A DNA stretch of 45,989 nt, filler included, from Catajapyx aquilonaris (Eukaryota): assembly GCA_000934665.2 (NCBI GenBank). It is 2 parts of 2 records of this genome, joined end to end, with 100 filler letters (N's around TTAATTAATTAA, not from the genome) between each part and the next. Parts side by side here need not be neighbours in the genome. Positions count along the whole stretch, not along the records: positions 1 to 22,945 come from KZ539418.1; 1 more part is not named here. One strand, given 5' to 3'. A model generated the notes under the pieces. That model was not told the origin of the DNA, ran no database searches, and saw only the letters and a program-made list of their open reading frames with translations. How positions within the stretch are numbered: the stretch's first letter is position 1; the number at the start of each line of letters is the position of its first letter. Made by a program: the position numbers and the translations under genes. This document shows positions 1-11,462 of the stretch, in pieces.

Positions 1-496
1 ACAGTAATCCAGGGTGATTTGCAACATGTCCTTTCGAGGAATCCATTGGAAACTCGCATGCACGCATCCTAAATTTCAATAATTTCTCTGCCATTTTCTA
101 CCGCAGAATTGCCTTTCTGACATTATCTCCAGATTAGGACTATGTGACATATCAGTCATTTGCCAAATATGAAATGCATATTTTGGTAATCATGTGGGCG
201 CAACAGCACTTTGTTGTGCAGTGTTGGACATTATTCACGTTGTACTGGTAGCAACATTTTCCGAAGCGGCAGAAGACACACGAGAGTACAAGCCGTGCGA
301 GCAAGATTCGTTGCCGCTTCAGAAAGTGTCGCTAGCAGTACGACTCGATTAATGTCCAAGATGTACAGACCAGCAAGCATTACTGGTTCCAAGAAGCGGT
401 TACCCCCTCGCCCTCGAGTAAACAAGTATCTGTTGCACACTTGCACAAGTGTCGTCTCAGGGGACAAGTTGAAACAGCAGACATCTCGTAACTCAC

Positions 497-606
497 CTGT
501 AAAACCTTGTAAAAATTCATACTGCCAAATTGAATAAACGTTGCCTGTAAAAATTTCCACCGCCATCATAAAGAGCAGCCGAGTGCAATGTTCCAATGAC
601 GTATCC
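497..606 (-). CDS. Possible exon (ATG at 569) of an unidentified gene running off the left edge
   Basis: On the minus strand: acceptor tttacttgcag before 606, strong donor CAG|GTGAGT after 497, and ATGATGGCG at 569 opening MMAVEIFTGNVYSIWQYEFLQGFT. No recognisable homology. Confidence 0.3.
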
Positions 607-1051
607 CTGCAAGTAAACAAACTAAACGAGAGCCAGGCAGGCGGCCAACACCACGTAGCAGAACAAGCGGAATCTCCTCTTCCGACCTGCGACCTCCGTC
701 CGTCGACTACCAGTCACGGGACTGTCCCCTCTACCAAAGATTAGAGAATCGCCTATTCACTGTTCCTTGGTTGCGACAGCGGCCACTGGCATGAGTTTCC
801 CAAAGCAAGCCAAATTAACTTGGATAGTTCGCATTTTGCCGTAAAAATGTGCAAATTTCCCCCCAGGTTACTATATGTTTCGAAGGTTTTAAAAAATTTC
901 ACGGGGAGTCGAGCCACCGAATATTTAGAAATGAACAATCGTGAACAATAATATTATGCCCTGTTGTGCCGGGTAGATAATTGATGCTAATCCTAAATGA
1001 ATCTAGCCTATAATTATGTCAGGTGTAACGTACGCACCATACCGTACTTAC

Positions 1052-1320
1052 CCAAAGTCTCGAGGTCCCGGCGGAAAAACTATAATCGCAAGAGGCCTTC
1101 CCTTCCGCTGGGTCCTATCAGCTCAGGATGAAAAATGAACAATGGCCGTCGAGGACGACACGCCAGCAGCACCCGCGCCATCCACAATGCTGAAGAGCGA
1201 GTCTATGCAGCAACGTGGCATGCAGTGAGTGGCGTCATCATCAGACTACACGTGATTGGTCGGATTCAGATTTGACTTTATACTTCCGGAAGGAAGTGAG
1301 GTTTCCAGTTGCCACGTGGT
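1052..1320 (-). promoter_or_regulatory. Candidate promoter and non-coding first exon
   Basis: CpG-rich stretch with ETS-type ACTTCCGGAAGGAAGT (~1282-1297), CCAAT box (ATTGG ~1255), CACGTG E-boxes, and a minus-strand donor TGG|GTAAGT at 1051-1046. Confidence 0.35.
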
Positions 1321-1958
1321 TCAAGTAATAGACCTAATTATTATGCAATCAAGCGTTGCAATGACAACAAAATAATGATGAAGTGAATTTTGAGCAGGTT
1401 TAACAAGGCTGGGATAGGGCTGTTTGAAGTACTGTTGTCCCAGCGGACCAGGTGGGAGTCAGTGCAGTGAGCTAATGGCCGGCTGTGACCAGAAACCGTT
1501 GGGAGGAACCGTTGTTCTCGCCCTATTGGCCAGCATTGTCCAACGCCTAATTAAAAAATTTCACAGGTGTGGGTTAATATCTTCATACTTACAAAAACGG
1601 AAATTTTGGACCAAGTTTGACGGTACTCTGTTTGTCGCCTTGCAGAATAAGTCTTCAGAAAAAGGAGATAACTCAGTTCAATGTCTCAATAATAAGATTA
1701 GGCAAATCACGCAAGCGTGATTCGAGTAGACTTTTTTCTCTTTGGGCAGCGGGGGGAAATGCGGCTGACAAAACCCGATTAATCCAGGCAATCTAGAGCA
1801 AAAAGGCCCCCAACCTGGGCTAAAATGCTTCATAAGGTTTCTGAACGGTTCCCCGTTCAGAATCTATTGCTGAATAACATATCCAAAATCCGCCAAAATC
1901 GGTCCACGGGAACACCCCCAAAAATTGACAAAATGGCGCCCAAGCCACATTTAAGTAG

Positions 1959-2051
1959 AGGTGAAGTGGGGGAAATGCACACCCGGGGTAAGTGCACATA
2001 TTGTGCATATATGTGCACTTACCCCGGGTGTGCACTTCCCCCAATTCACCT
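1959..2051. repeat. Short palindromic MITE-like element
   Basis: AGGTGAAGTGGGGGAAATGCACACCCGGGGTAAGTGCACATAT is followed by its near-perfect reverse complement ending TTCACCT. Confidence 0.7.
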
Positions 2052-2578
2052 TAAATAATTTTGTACTCCGAAACCAAGGCTTGAGGGACATTTTGTGTTC
2101 AGTTCGAGTGAGGGTGTGTTTTGTCGAACTGAATTTTTATGAATCCCTATTTTTAAAACGAGGGTTACTCGGCAACTGGGTTACCATGGCAACCATTGTA
2201 GCTCTGGTAACCCATTGCCAATCAATTGTACAATCAAACGTACATGCGTACAACTTTCTCTTTTGTATACAGAGAAACCCGTTCCCGGAAAAATTCCGCT
2301 ATATGGACGAGTTGAGTAACACTCAGGGTACGTTATGGACAGGATTCACTACATATTTATCTAGAGTGAATCCTGTCCATAACGGACCCTGAACATAACG
2401 GAAACTTGCCTATTGCGGATTTTTCTGGTAACTGGCGTATGTAAAGTACACTATTTCCGCGTCAAATATAGCGGAAATGGTGTAATTTTCATACTCCAGT
2501 TACCAGAAAAATTCTGCAATAGGCAAGTTTCCATTATACACAGGGTCCGTTGTGGACAGGTTTCACTGTATATTTATA

Positions 2579-3016
2579 CAGGGTGTATCGGAACTCTACC
2601 ATAAGCCATGTACCAATGGTATAAGGGGCACCAGAGCATCATTATATGTAGAGGCGTCATCATGTCTAGGAAGCCACATCACGTAGATAATTGATCGTTT
2701 GCGAAGTAGCGATTGCGCTTAAGCGTGATTGTAGAATAGCAGTGCATTTAGGGGGAACCGCATTCTAAGAGCCCTTAGTGACTACCCCAATAGCAGTGTG
2801 GCAGTAGCCCCCCAGAAAATAGCTGCGACCTTCACCTGTGATGCGATTGGCGGCTGAAGGTTTGCACACCTGCCAGGATATTTTATACCTATTGGTTGAG
2901 GTCAATTATCTCGGTCATGCGGCGGCCCAGGCCTATGATTCCGATACTGTAAATGATCATCTGCTGACCATTACGCCATTGGCATATGGCTTATGGTAGA
3001 GTTCCGATACACCCTG
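2579..3016. mobile_element. Tc1/mariner-type MITE
   Basis: TIRs CAGGGTGTATCGGAACTCTACCATAAGCCAT / ATGGCTTATGGTAGAGTTCCGATACACCCTG, flanked by TA on both sides. Confidence 0.85.
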
Positions 3017-3669
3017 TATACAGCGAAACATGTACATATCTGTATAGCACGTGACTCTAAAATTACGCAATGAACAAGTTTCCGTTATACCCTCGTGAGA
3101 CCCGAGAAGCCATTTGTGCAATTATTTAGTAATACTTTGAAAGAACTCTCTGTAGTGGAGGTGTAGAAGCAGTTTTTCTGAATTTCATATTTTTGTTGCA
3201 ATCACTTATTGCAAAATTATATGTCCAATAAATTATATAGGACATTGTGTCTTAGCTATAACATTCCTTCTCTATATTTTTCAATAAATTAAAAAGAACT
3301 TTTTTCTTTATTTCAATACAGCAGCCTTACGGTTTCCTTGTACAGTATAGCCATACTAGAGGTTACATTTGCCGTGTGTCCCCTATAGGGGACGGTCCTT
3401 TTCTTACAAGCTAGCATTCCATAATATTTGTTATCATTTTTGTTGTTTTGGGGACTATTATGAACTAAAAAAACAAATTTTTAAACAAAAAATCTTTCCG
3501 GCATATCTGCATTAATTGTCGTCAAAAATACACATTAATTTCATAACAATCGTATACCTATAAAAAGTGTCATATTGCAAACCCAAGAGGACCCCGCTGC
3601 GCGGGGCCCCTCGGCCGGAGGCCCCCTAGACCTTGCGGCCCTAATCTTCAGCCTGGCAAGCCTATTGGT

Positions 3670-3730
3670 AAATCCGGACCTGACGAGACCACAACACGTA
3701 CCGTGTTGTGGTCTCGTCAGGTCCGGATTT
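3670..3730. repeat. Perfect 29-bp inverted repeat with 3-nt loop
   Basis: AAATCCGGACCTGACGAGACCACAACACG-TAC-CGTGTTGTGGTCTCGTCAGGTCCGGATTT. Confidence 0.9.
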
Positions 3731-3778
3731 GCGTCTGTACGTTGCGTCTAGATCACGAGTGCGATAAAAATTTCCGAC

Positions 3779-6392
3779 CTGTAGGCTTACTAGCTTCTCC
3801 CTCTTGGTTTTGTCCATAGCCAACAGAACAGGTGCGCTGTAGTCAAGGTACGGCCTCATCACGGCTCGATAGAGAGCCGCAATTTGGCTTTCCTCGTGGA
3901 ACCCCAGGTCTGGCCGCCGACAGACCGAAGGAGGTTCAGCCTGTTGGAGCAGTGGTTCTTTATCCGCTGGGCATGCTTACCAAAGGTCAGGCCATGGTCA
4001 AGCGTGAGGCCGAGGAATTTGACCTCCTGTGCAATTGGGATAGCTCTCTCATTTAAGAGAATCTTCCAGCCTCCTGGTGGGGTGCCCCTTCTGGTGAAGG
4101 GCACCAGCTTGCACTTTTCGGGGGATAATTGAAATCCCTCTTCTTTCGCCCACGCCGCCACCTCATCGACGGCTACTTGGAGCCTCTTTGTGGCCCGTGT
4201 ACGGTGGTGGGTACCGCAGTACCAAACCGCGATATCGTCAGCAAACATGGAGACGCCGACCCCATTGATGCCTGCCAGCCTGGTAGGCAAATCGGTCATC
4301 ATTACATTAAACAGGACCGAGCTGATGGTGCTGCCCTGGTACCCCACGCCCCCTGCAGTTGTGATGTCCGACTTGTATTTCCCCAGATGTACGTAGTACT
4401 CCCGAGCCGAGAGATACTATTTGAGCCGCTGGAGCAGCCTACCGGTTACTCCAGCCCGGGCCAGCTTCAGAAGCAGCCTGTCGTGGCAGACACTGTCAAA
4501 AGCTCCCTTGATGTCAAAAAAGACTGCGAGCAACAGTCCGTGTTTGTAGGCGAGGCGCTCTCGTATCTTGGAAGTTAGTACAAGGAGGTTGTCAGTTGTA
4601 CTTCTTCCCCTACGAAACCCTGCTTGTGTTTGGTGGAGATATCCTTTGCTTTCCAGATGCCAGTTGAGCCTGTTGGTCATGACTCGTCCCATTGCCTTGC
4701 CTGGGCAGGACAGGAGGCTTATTGCCTGAACGAGCTAGGCTCCGAGAGGGGTTTTCCTGGCTTTGGGATTGGCGCTACTCGTGCCACCTTCCAGTCCGTT
4801 GGAACCACTCCATCCTTGTAACTGCGGTTACAGATTTGGAGGAGGGCTGTCAATGCCTCGGGAGGTAGGGACTTCAACATTTTGTTGGATATCCCATCCG
4901 GCCCGGGGGCCGAATTGCGAGATTTCCCAATGACCTCTCGTAGCTCACCCATTGTGATGTCGTGGTCGAGCGGACCTGTATCCAACTGGGTGGCAGTGGT
5001 GATCTCCTTCTCCTCATGGGTGAGTGAGGGACTGGAGTGGGTCACGTCTTTTGGGACCAGGCATCAAGCAGTGCCTGTGCGGTCTTGGACACGTCCCCCT
5101 GGTGGTGTGCCAGGGCTATTGCCCACCATGGCTCCCGGGCCGTAGTCCCCTTCGCCATTTTTGTTGCAAAAGCCCAGACCTGTGTCATTGGTGTGTGCTG
5201 GCCTATTCCACTACAGAAACGTGCCCAGCTGGCCTTCCTGGCTGCAAGCAGCGTTCTGCGGCACCTGGCCACTTCCCGTCTGTACTCCAGCTGGAGTTTT
5301 GTGTTCTGACGGTGCTTTTTGGCTCTCCTTCTAGCCTCTGTTTCCTTTTGTAGCGCCTTTGCGCAGGCCTGGTTGTACCTGGTGTCCAACAAGAATTGTC
5401 GCAAGCGGAAGCGCATGAACTACAGTCTCTCGTATACCTGTGCTCGTAGATTGTAGTTCGTGCGCTGCCGCTGCGACAATTCTTGTTGGACTGATAGTAC
5501 CAGGGCATCGCGACAAACTTGTCGGGGGTTTTCACTTCTAGGGTCGCCTCTTTGACCGCCGTCGAGATGGCGCCGGTGAGTTCAGTCAGACTGAGTTTCA
5601 GGCACGGCTGTAGAAGACAGGTTAGGTCACTCCCCACCCACCCCCTGCCGAAGGATTACGCACCGACTGCTCACTTGAGACCTCCACGAGACATTTCCCA
5701 GAGCATTTATGTGGCGACCCTACCGGACTAAGGCTGAACTTTATAGGTACGAAAGGAAAGGGCTTGTGGGGTCCAACATGGCCGCCGGCGGCCATGTTGG
5801 GCCAGCATGTAGCGCTTCCCTCTCGTACCTATAAAGTTCAGCCTTAGTCCGGTAGGGTCGCCACATAAATGCTCTGGGAAATGTCTCGTGGAGGTCTCAC
5901 GTGAGCAGTCGGTGCGTAATCCCTCGGCAGGTGATAAGCCCAGAAGATAGGGGTAGTGTCCGTGGGCTGGTTTCAGGTCACTCCCAGCCGGAGGCTGAAT
6001 ACATTTTGACAGAGTCTTGAACGTGGCCCAGTTTACCTGCCGCGTTACACTGCCCTTAGGGGCGGGGTGCTTGCGTGCAGGCTTAAGTGGGATGAGGAAC
6101 GTTGGGAAGTGGTCACTGCCCCACTGATCCTCCCCCACCTCCCAGGCGTAGTCCATAGATATGTCGCCAGAGAGGGCAGTAATGTCCAGACTTGAGCCGG
6201 GCTCGCCGGGGGCCCTCTGATAGGTGGGTCGTCCGTCATTGAGTACTATTAGGTCCGCTGCCGCTACGGCATTCTCCAAGGCCGTGCCCGAGGCATTTGT
6301 TATTGTGGTTGGCCCTCCCCACTCGCAACAATGCGCGTTAAAGTCTCCGCACATGACCAGTGGTTTTGGGCATTGTTCGAGTATGTTGGAAA

Positions 6393-6395
<3 letters not shown>
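3779..6395 (-). pseudogene. I-clade LINE ORF2, rest of endonuclease and reverse transcriptase, multiple frameshifts
   Basis: LSNILEQCPKPLVMCGDFNAH, SAPGPDGI, WKVARVAPIPKPGK, FFDIKGAFDSV, MFADDIAVW and RPYLDY spread over ORFs 5728-6534, 5042-5416, 4719-5045, 4417-4692, 3859-4347 and 3662-3862. Confidence 0.88.
5635..5974. mobile_element. Fold-back (palindromic) insertion with 11-bp target duplication
   Basis: Direct repeat AGGTCACTCCC at 5624-5634 and 5975-5985; inverted arms ~5644-5931 centred on CCAACATGGCCGCCGGCGGCCATGTTGG. Confidence 0.8.
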
Positions 6396-6440
<45 letters not shown>

Positions 6441-6497
6441 TATTATTATTATTATTCCCCTGCGCCCGAGAGCTTACGGGGAAGACCTCCCATCCAT

Positions 6498-9400
6498 TTA
6501 CAATCCACTTAACCTCTGGAAATTTACAGTACAATATCGCAAAACTTCAAAGATGATACTACTAAAGAAAAAAAGTAGCCTATACATTTGATGCACGGCA
6601 TGAATACGCATAGAAGCAAATAATAAATGTACCTTATCAGGTGGGAGCTTTGGAATACCTCGCAATTTTTTCCTTCTCAATAAACGGAAAAATGGACACT
6701 CATAAATTAAATGGAAAAGAGACCAGTTGACATTACTATTGCAAAGTGAGCATGGGATATCCCGATTTTCTGGAGGGAAGCTCAATTTGTAGTCTTTAAC
6801 GTAAAAGGAATAAGAAGCGTTTCTAAGGTTACTGATCAGTCGAACATACGGGAGAGGAACAGAGTACAAAAAATACTGAGAGAGTCCTATATCCGGCGCC
6901 AAATCAGTATAGTATGTGTAACGTTCTGAAACATGCATGAGCGACCGGTCCTGTTCCATCGAGGCTATTAATTGATTTTTAACTAAAACTTCCCGATTTG
7001 TGAAGTCCCCCTTCAACAGCCACTCTTTCCAATCAAAACCTGACCTCCAAAACAAATCCCTGGTCGCTCTCGCCCATTTCAGATCTACTTTCGCCTCGAT
7101 CAGCCAGTTCAGCGCTATCCTACTCCACCTGTCCTCAGGTAATGCTATTGTTTTCACCAGAAAGTTCAATAATTGCTTGAAAATGTTCACGGAGAGATGC
7201 AGCCTTCCTGTCTCCATCCTTACAAAGTATCCAGCCGTATTTCTAGGGAGCGCCAAGAATTTTTTGATAAAATAAGTTTGGAACCTCTCCACCTCCTCCA
7301 ACCGGTCCAGAGCCCAAAAACTCGCCCCATAGAGTGCGACAGGACTAATTTTAGCATCGAATATTTTAAAGGCCGTTCTTATGTCTCTGATTTTTAGGTT
7401 AATCAACGTAGGCCAAAGAGCATTTACCGTCGCAAATCCCTCCGTTACAAAATATCGAGATGCCCTAGCTGTTTGTGATGAAGATGCAAAGGGAACACCT
7501 AGGTATTTGTATTCTGGCACTACCTCAATCTTATTATCTTTCCAGTGGAAACTGTCCTTGCTAGAAATTTTCCCTCCTTTTCGAAATATGACCACTTTAG
7601 TTTTAGTTACATTTAATACCAGTTTGTTCGCATCAAAGTAGAGCTCCAGTGCTTTTAATCCTTTGCGTAAATCCAGCGGATTGTTCGTCAGAATGACCAG
7701 GTCATCTGCAAATTGCAAAAAATGAATTTCCACCCCGATACTTTTAAATCTTACTCCTGTTATCTCATTTTTACAAAGATTGCTGGTAAATCCGCCAGAA
7801 AGATGTTAAACAATAATGGACTCAATGGTTCCCCTTGCAGCACACCCCTCGTAATGGGTATCCTTTGCTGACCATCGTGTGACACAATATTAGCTGAGGA
7901 ATACACTGATTGCAGAGCATTCATAAATCTACTTTGGCTGACTCCCATAGACAGAAGTTTTGCAAATAGCTCATTGTGTTCTACCGAGTCAAATGCTTTC
8001 GCCAAATCCACAAACAGTGCATAGAGCTTACCTCTTTTTCTTTCAGTGAATTTTTGTATCAGCAGAGTGAGCACGAACAAGTGATCCATACACCCTCTGC
8101 CTCTTCTAAATCCTGCCTGGTTTTCCGGTAACAAATTCATCTCCTCCACCCAAGACCGCAGTCTAGCTTCTCGTTGCCCCGAAAAAAGTTTCATTATATT
8201 ATTTTCCAGTGAAATCGGCCGGTAATTCTCGGGACATGTGTCCGGTCCGGATTTGTATATCGCGATTACGGACAGGTCCATCCAAGTGGATGGTATCTTT
8301 CCCAAATCCAAAAAACTGTTGAATATTTTCAAAATCAGTTCTTGTAGTTCTGGGGAGGAGACTTTCAACAGTTCGTTTGGAATTTGATCGGGCCCACCCG
8401 TTTTTTATTTTTTAGTTGCTTTATGGCACCCTGAAGTTCCCGTAATACTACGGGTCCATCAAGTCTCCGTAACGAAAATGGACTAATTGTCCTGGGAAAC
8501 GCAATTGCGGCTCTTGGTACATACCACTGTTGCAAATACTCTAGCCAGACTTGTTCCTCAAGATTATGTTTACTACCCTTACTCCCACTCCTATGAGTTT
8601 TGACTAAAGACCAGAATTTCGCCATATCCGAGGTGTCCAACAGCTGCTGAATTTTAACATTGTAGAATAAATTTTCCTTCGCCTTAAGCTCTTTCTTGTA
8701 CAGCTGAGCTGCCATTTTATAATTTTGTCGTAGTGCCTCTGTTGGGTCATTTTTCCATACCGCCAGGGCTTTGAGCACAAGCCTTTTATCTTTCCGTAAT
8801 TTTGCATCGTACCAATGAGCTCGGGATTTCCTAGCTTGCAACGAGGGATAATCAAATTTCTGAATTATTCCCGTTTCACTCAATAGAGCTTGCACCAGCG
8901 GAGGAAAGCTCTCTGCCATCTCACTTACTCCCGGTACGTTCTGGATAAGTTGTAGGCATAATTGGGATACTCCCAGTTCCAGTAAATCTTTAACTTCTAC
9001 AATCCTATTCCAATTTATACTTTTCCTTGAGACCCTTTTTATTGGAGCTTCATTCAACCAGAATGAAGTACAGATTGGAAAATGATCAGAGCCCATAATT
9101 TCTAATACCTTGAAGTCAAGTAGAGTAGTTAACAAACCCTGCGACACGATAGAGTAATCAAGCACCGTACTGGCTGTAGTTGCACAAAATGTAAATTCAC
9201 CCTCTCTGTCCGACCTTGAGCGGCCGTTCAAAAGTGTCAAGGACGCCACATCCATAAACTGACATAATTTGCGCCCTTGGGAATTAATCGTTATGTCTCT
9301 CGAGTTTTTTGTGCGCTGCAATGAAGAAACCTCGATAGGATCATATTATATTAAACCTTGTGATTCCAATCCTACTCGAGCATTAAAGTCACCGGATAGA

Positions 9401-9941
9401 ATTACCTCATACCCCGCATCCAGCCAAGGAGTAATAGCTACTTCCAATTGCAACAAGCAATCATCATAATATTTAGATGGAGCAAAATACACTACACCAA
9501 CTATCACTTTTAAATCAAAAGGACAGACCAGCTCAGCAAACATAAACAATGGTGATGACAGCAACAGTTTTGGTTCCCGCCGGGACTGGATTATTAGAGC
9601 CAGGCCACCAGCTGGACGTCCCCTTTTCGCCACCTTGACAGCTTTTTCTTGAAAATACGTCCAGTCCCCACTAACAAACTGCTTTTGTCCGGACATGTCC
9701 CAGGTTTCGACACACCCCAGGATCTCCATATTCTGTATCACATCACTATACACTCACGTAAAGCATCAGCAACTTTTAACCCAGCCACGTTCCATGTAAC
9801 TACACTGCACTCGGATACTTTTTTCACTTTTCCACCATCGCTGCTTCTTTCATTAGAACACCCCACACTGAATTCCACCACCACCGGATGTGCCAACACT
9901 GTCTCTTCCCTGGTCTGGTCCAGACCTCGGGTAGGAACCAC
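6498..9941 (-). pseudogene. LINE ORF2p (APE endonuclease, RT, C-terminal CCHC); at least 3 frameshifts and 1 nonsense codon
   Basis: VVTWNVAGL, GCVETW, SGDFNAR, GSDHFP, NYRPISL, FVDLAKAFDSV, GVLQGEPLSPLLF, QFADD, YKYLG and CSLCN..HLIYEC; in-frame stop at 9346-9348. Confidence 0.9.
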
Positions 9942-9974
9942 ATGAAACTCAGGTGTGACCCACTTTACGAATTG

Positions 9975-10931
9975 CTAGTCATCCTCGATCGTAGCCACTA
10001 CCGCTGCCGGTTGGGCGTCTGATGACTTTGGTTGCTTCTCCGGTTGCTGTTCCGCTGGTGACTGCGCGACCACTCGTTCATCTTCCTCATCCTCGTCTTC
10101 TTCTTCTGTTGGCTCTTCATTGCGGCCATTGGACCTTGAAGCTTGTCTGGCATACTTTTGGGACGTCATCTTCTTAGGGTGAGCTAGGTTGTTCACATCT
10201 CTTGGTGATGTTGAGGATTTCCTTTTTTCCGACCTTGAGGAGAACACGTCAGGCTGACCCTGGGGTTGATCTTCAGTGTGGAGCTTCGTAGGTATTGGTT
10301 CGCTTCCCCTTTTCTTCAGCAGAGTGCCATTTGATTGCAGGACAAACAGACTGTCGTTTATATATAGCTTGTCATATTTTAATGTGGCTTTTTCGCCCTG
10401 GTCTCTTGCCTGGATCATGTATTGGCCCAACTGCCTCCTAATCGCTCTCGTGGGGATACTATAGTCCTCTTTGACGTGGTATGGAGTCCCCTTGAGATTC
10501 CTAGCGTTAGACAGTATAGTCCGTTTATCCTTGAAGAAGGAAAATGCAGCAACAATGGGACGCACTTTTCCCTGCTTTGCTGCACCCAAGCGATGTACCC
10601 TCTCCATTGAAGGGGGGTCTTGATGGGGAAATAACTTGAAGATCTGGATCCAGTGCAATGTCCTGGATTCTGTAATTTCCCACGATTCCTTCGCCTCATC
10701 AGGTATACCCATGATTATGAGGTTCCCCCTCCGGGAGCGGTCCTCTAACGCACGGTTTTTCTCTTGTAGCTCTCGTAACTGCTGCTCCAAGTTGTCGGTT
10801 TTGTCGATCACCTTTTTCATCTGCGAGTGTACCAGAGTCATTTGGGAGCCAATGGTGTCAATTATCGTCTGTTTGAGGTCCTTCAACAACTCACGACGGA
10901 ACTCATCCAAGTCCATGGTGGATTGACCCAT
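9975..10931 (-). CDS. LINE ORF1p, L1/Transposase_22-like (coiled coil-RRM-CTD) with acidic disordered tail
   Basis: Open frame with LEDRSRRGNLIIMGIPD, MERVHRLG, RPIVAAF, LKGTPYHVKEDYS and KYDKLYIND; first ATG at 10931. Confidence 0.85.
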   Translation of the reverse strand: MGQSTMDLDEFRRELLKDLKQTIIDTIGSQMTLVHSQMKKVIDKTDNLEQQLRELQEKNRALEDRSRRGNLIIMGIPDEAKESWEITESRTLHWIQIFKLFPHQDPPSMERVHRLGAAKQGKVRPIVAAFSFFKDKRTILSNARNLKGTPYHVKEDYSIPTRAIRRQLGQYMIQARDQGEKATLKYDKLYINDSLFVLQSNGTLLKKRGSEPIPTKLHTEDQPQGQPDVFSSRSEKRKSSTSPRDVNNLAHPKKMTSQKYARQASRSNGRNEEPTEEEDEDEEDERVVAQSPAEQQPEKQPKSSDAQPAAVVATIEDD

Positions 10932-11078
10932 TATACAATGGTATGCCCCCAACAGTACGCTGATAGTAGACTTTCGCTCCCCACTTCACTGCCCACAAAC
11001 GTAAAATTTAGCCCTGGGCTTGACCGACCGGAGCTCGTTCCACACGAGGCGTACTCTACTGCGTTCTGAGGGAGAGTC

Positions 11079-11462
11079 TATGTTGGAAAGTACATCCTCG
11101 TCAAGGTTTTCACCTGGCGGGTTGTAAAAGCAGGAGATCGTTACCCAACGACTGCCCATTTTCACCCTGCATGCCACCGCCTCTAGAGGGGCTTGCACGC
11201 CCGTCAGATTTAGCTCCGTGCTGGCCATAAAGCACGGTTGTTGGGGCACATATATAGCTACACCGCCACCTTTTGTGTCCCCTCGCCTTGGCTTTGAATA
11301 GGCCAGGTATCCTCTTACATTCTGCGCCTTCCCCCTCTGCCACGTTTCCGTTACAGCGAGGATGGGTGGGTGTATGAAGTCCTCATGTGCTCGTTTGATG
11401 AGCCCTGGCATTTTGTGCTGGAGTGATCGTGGATTCCAGCACACCAGCTTGGCGTCTTTCAT
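11079..11462 (-). pseudogene. I-clade LINE ORF2, N-terminal half of AP endonuclease
   Basis: MKDAKLVCWNPRSL...LAVTETW...GGGVAIYV...CFYNPPGENLDEDVLSNI, ending at the TSD of the nested LINE. Confidence 0.88.

Larger units (their letters stand above)
6396..11078 (-). mobile_element. Full-length RTEX-like LINE (L1-type ORF1 + APE-RT-CCHC ORF2) nested in the I-clade LINE
   Basis: 14-bp TSD TATGTTGGAAAGTA at 6382-6395 and 11079-11092; (ATT)n 3' tail; two ORFs. The clade call rests on remembered motif similarity. Confidence 0.9.

Noticed and set aside
5728..6534. 268-aa ORF with a poly-Leu signal or membrane segment
   Set aside because: The poly-Leu/Asn is the translated (ATT)n tail of the nested LINE fused to the host endonuclease fragment.
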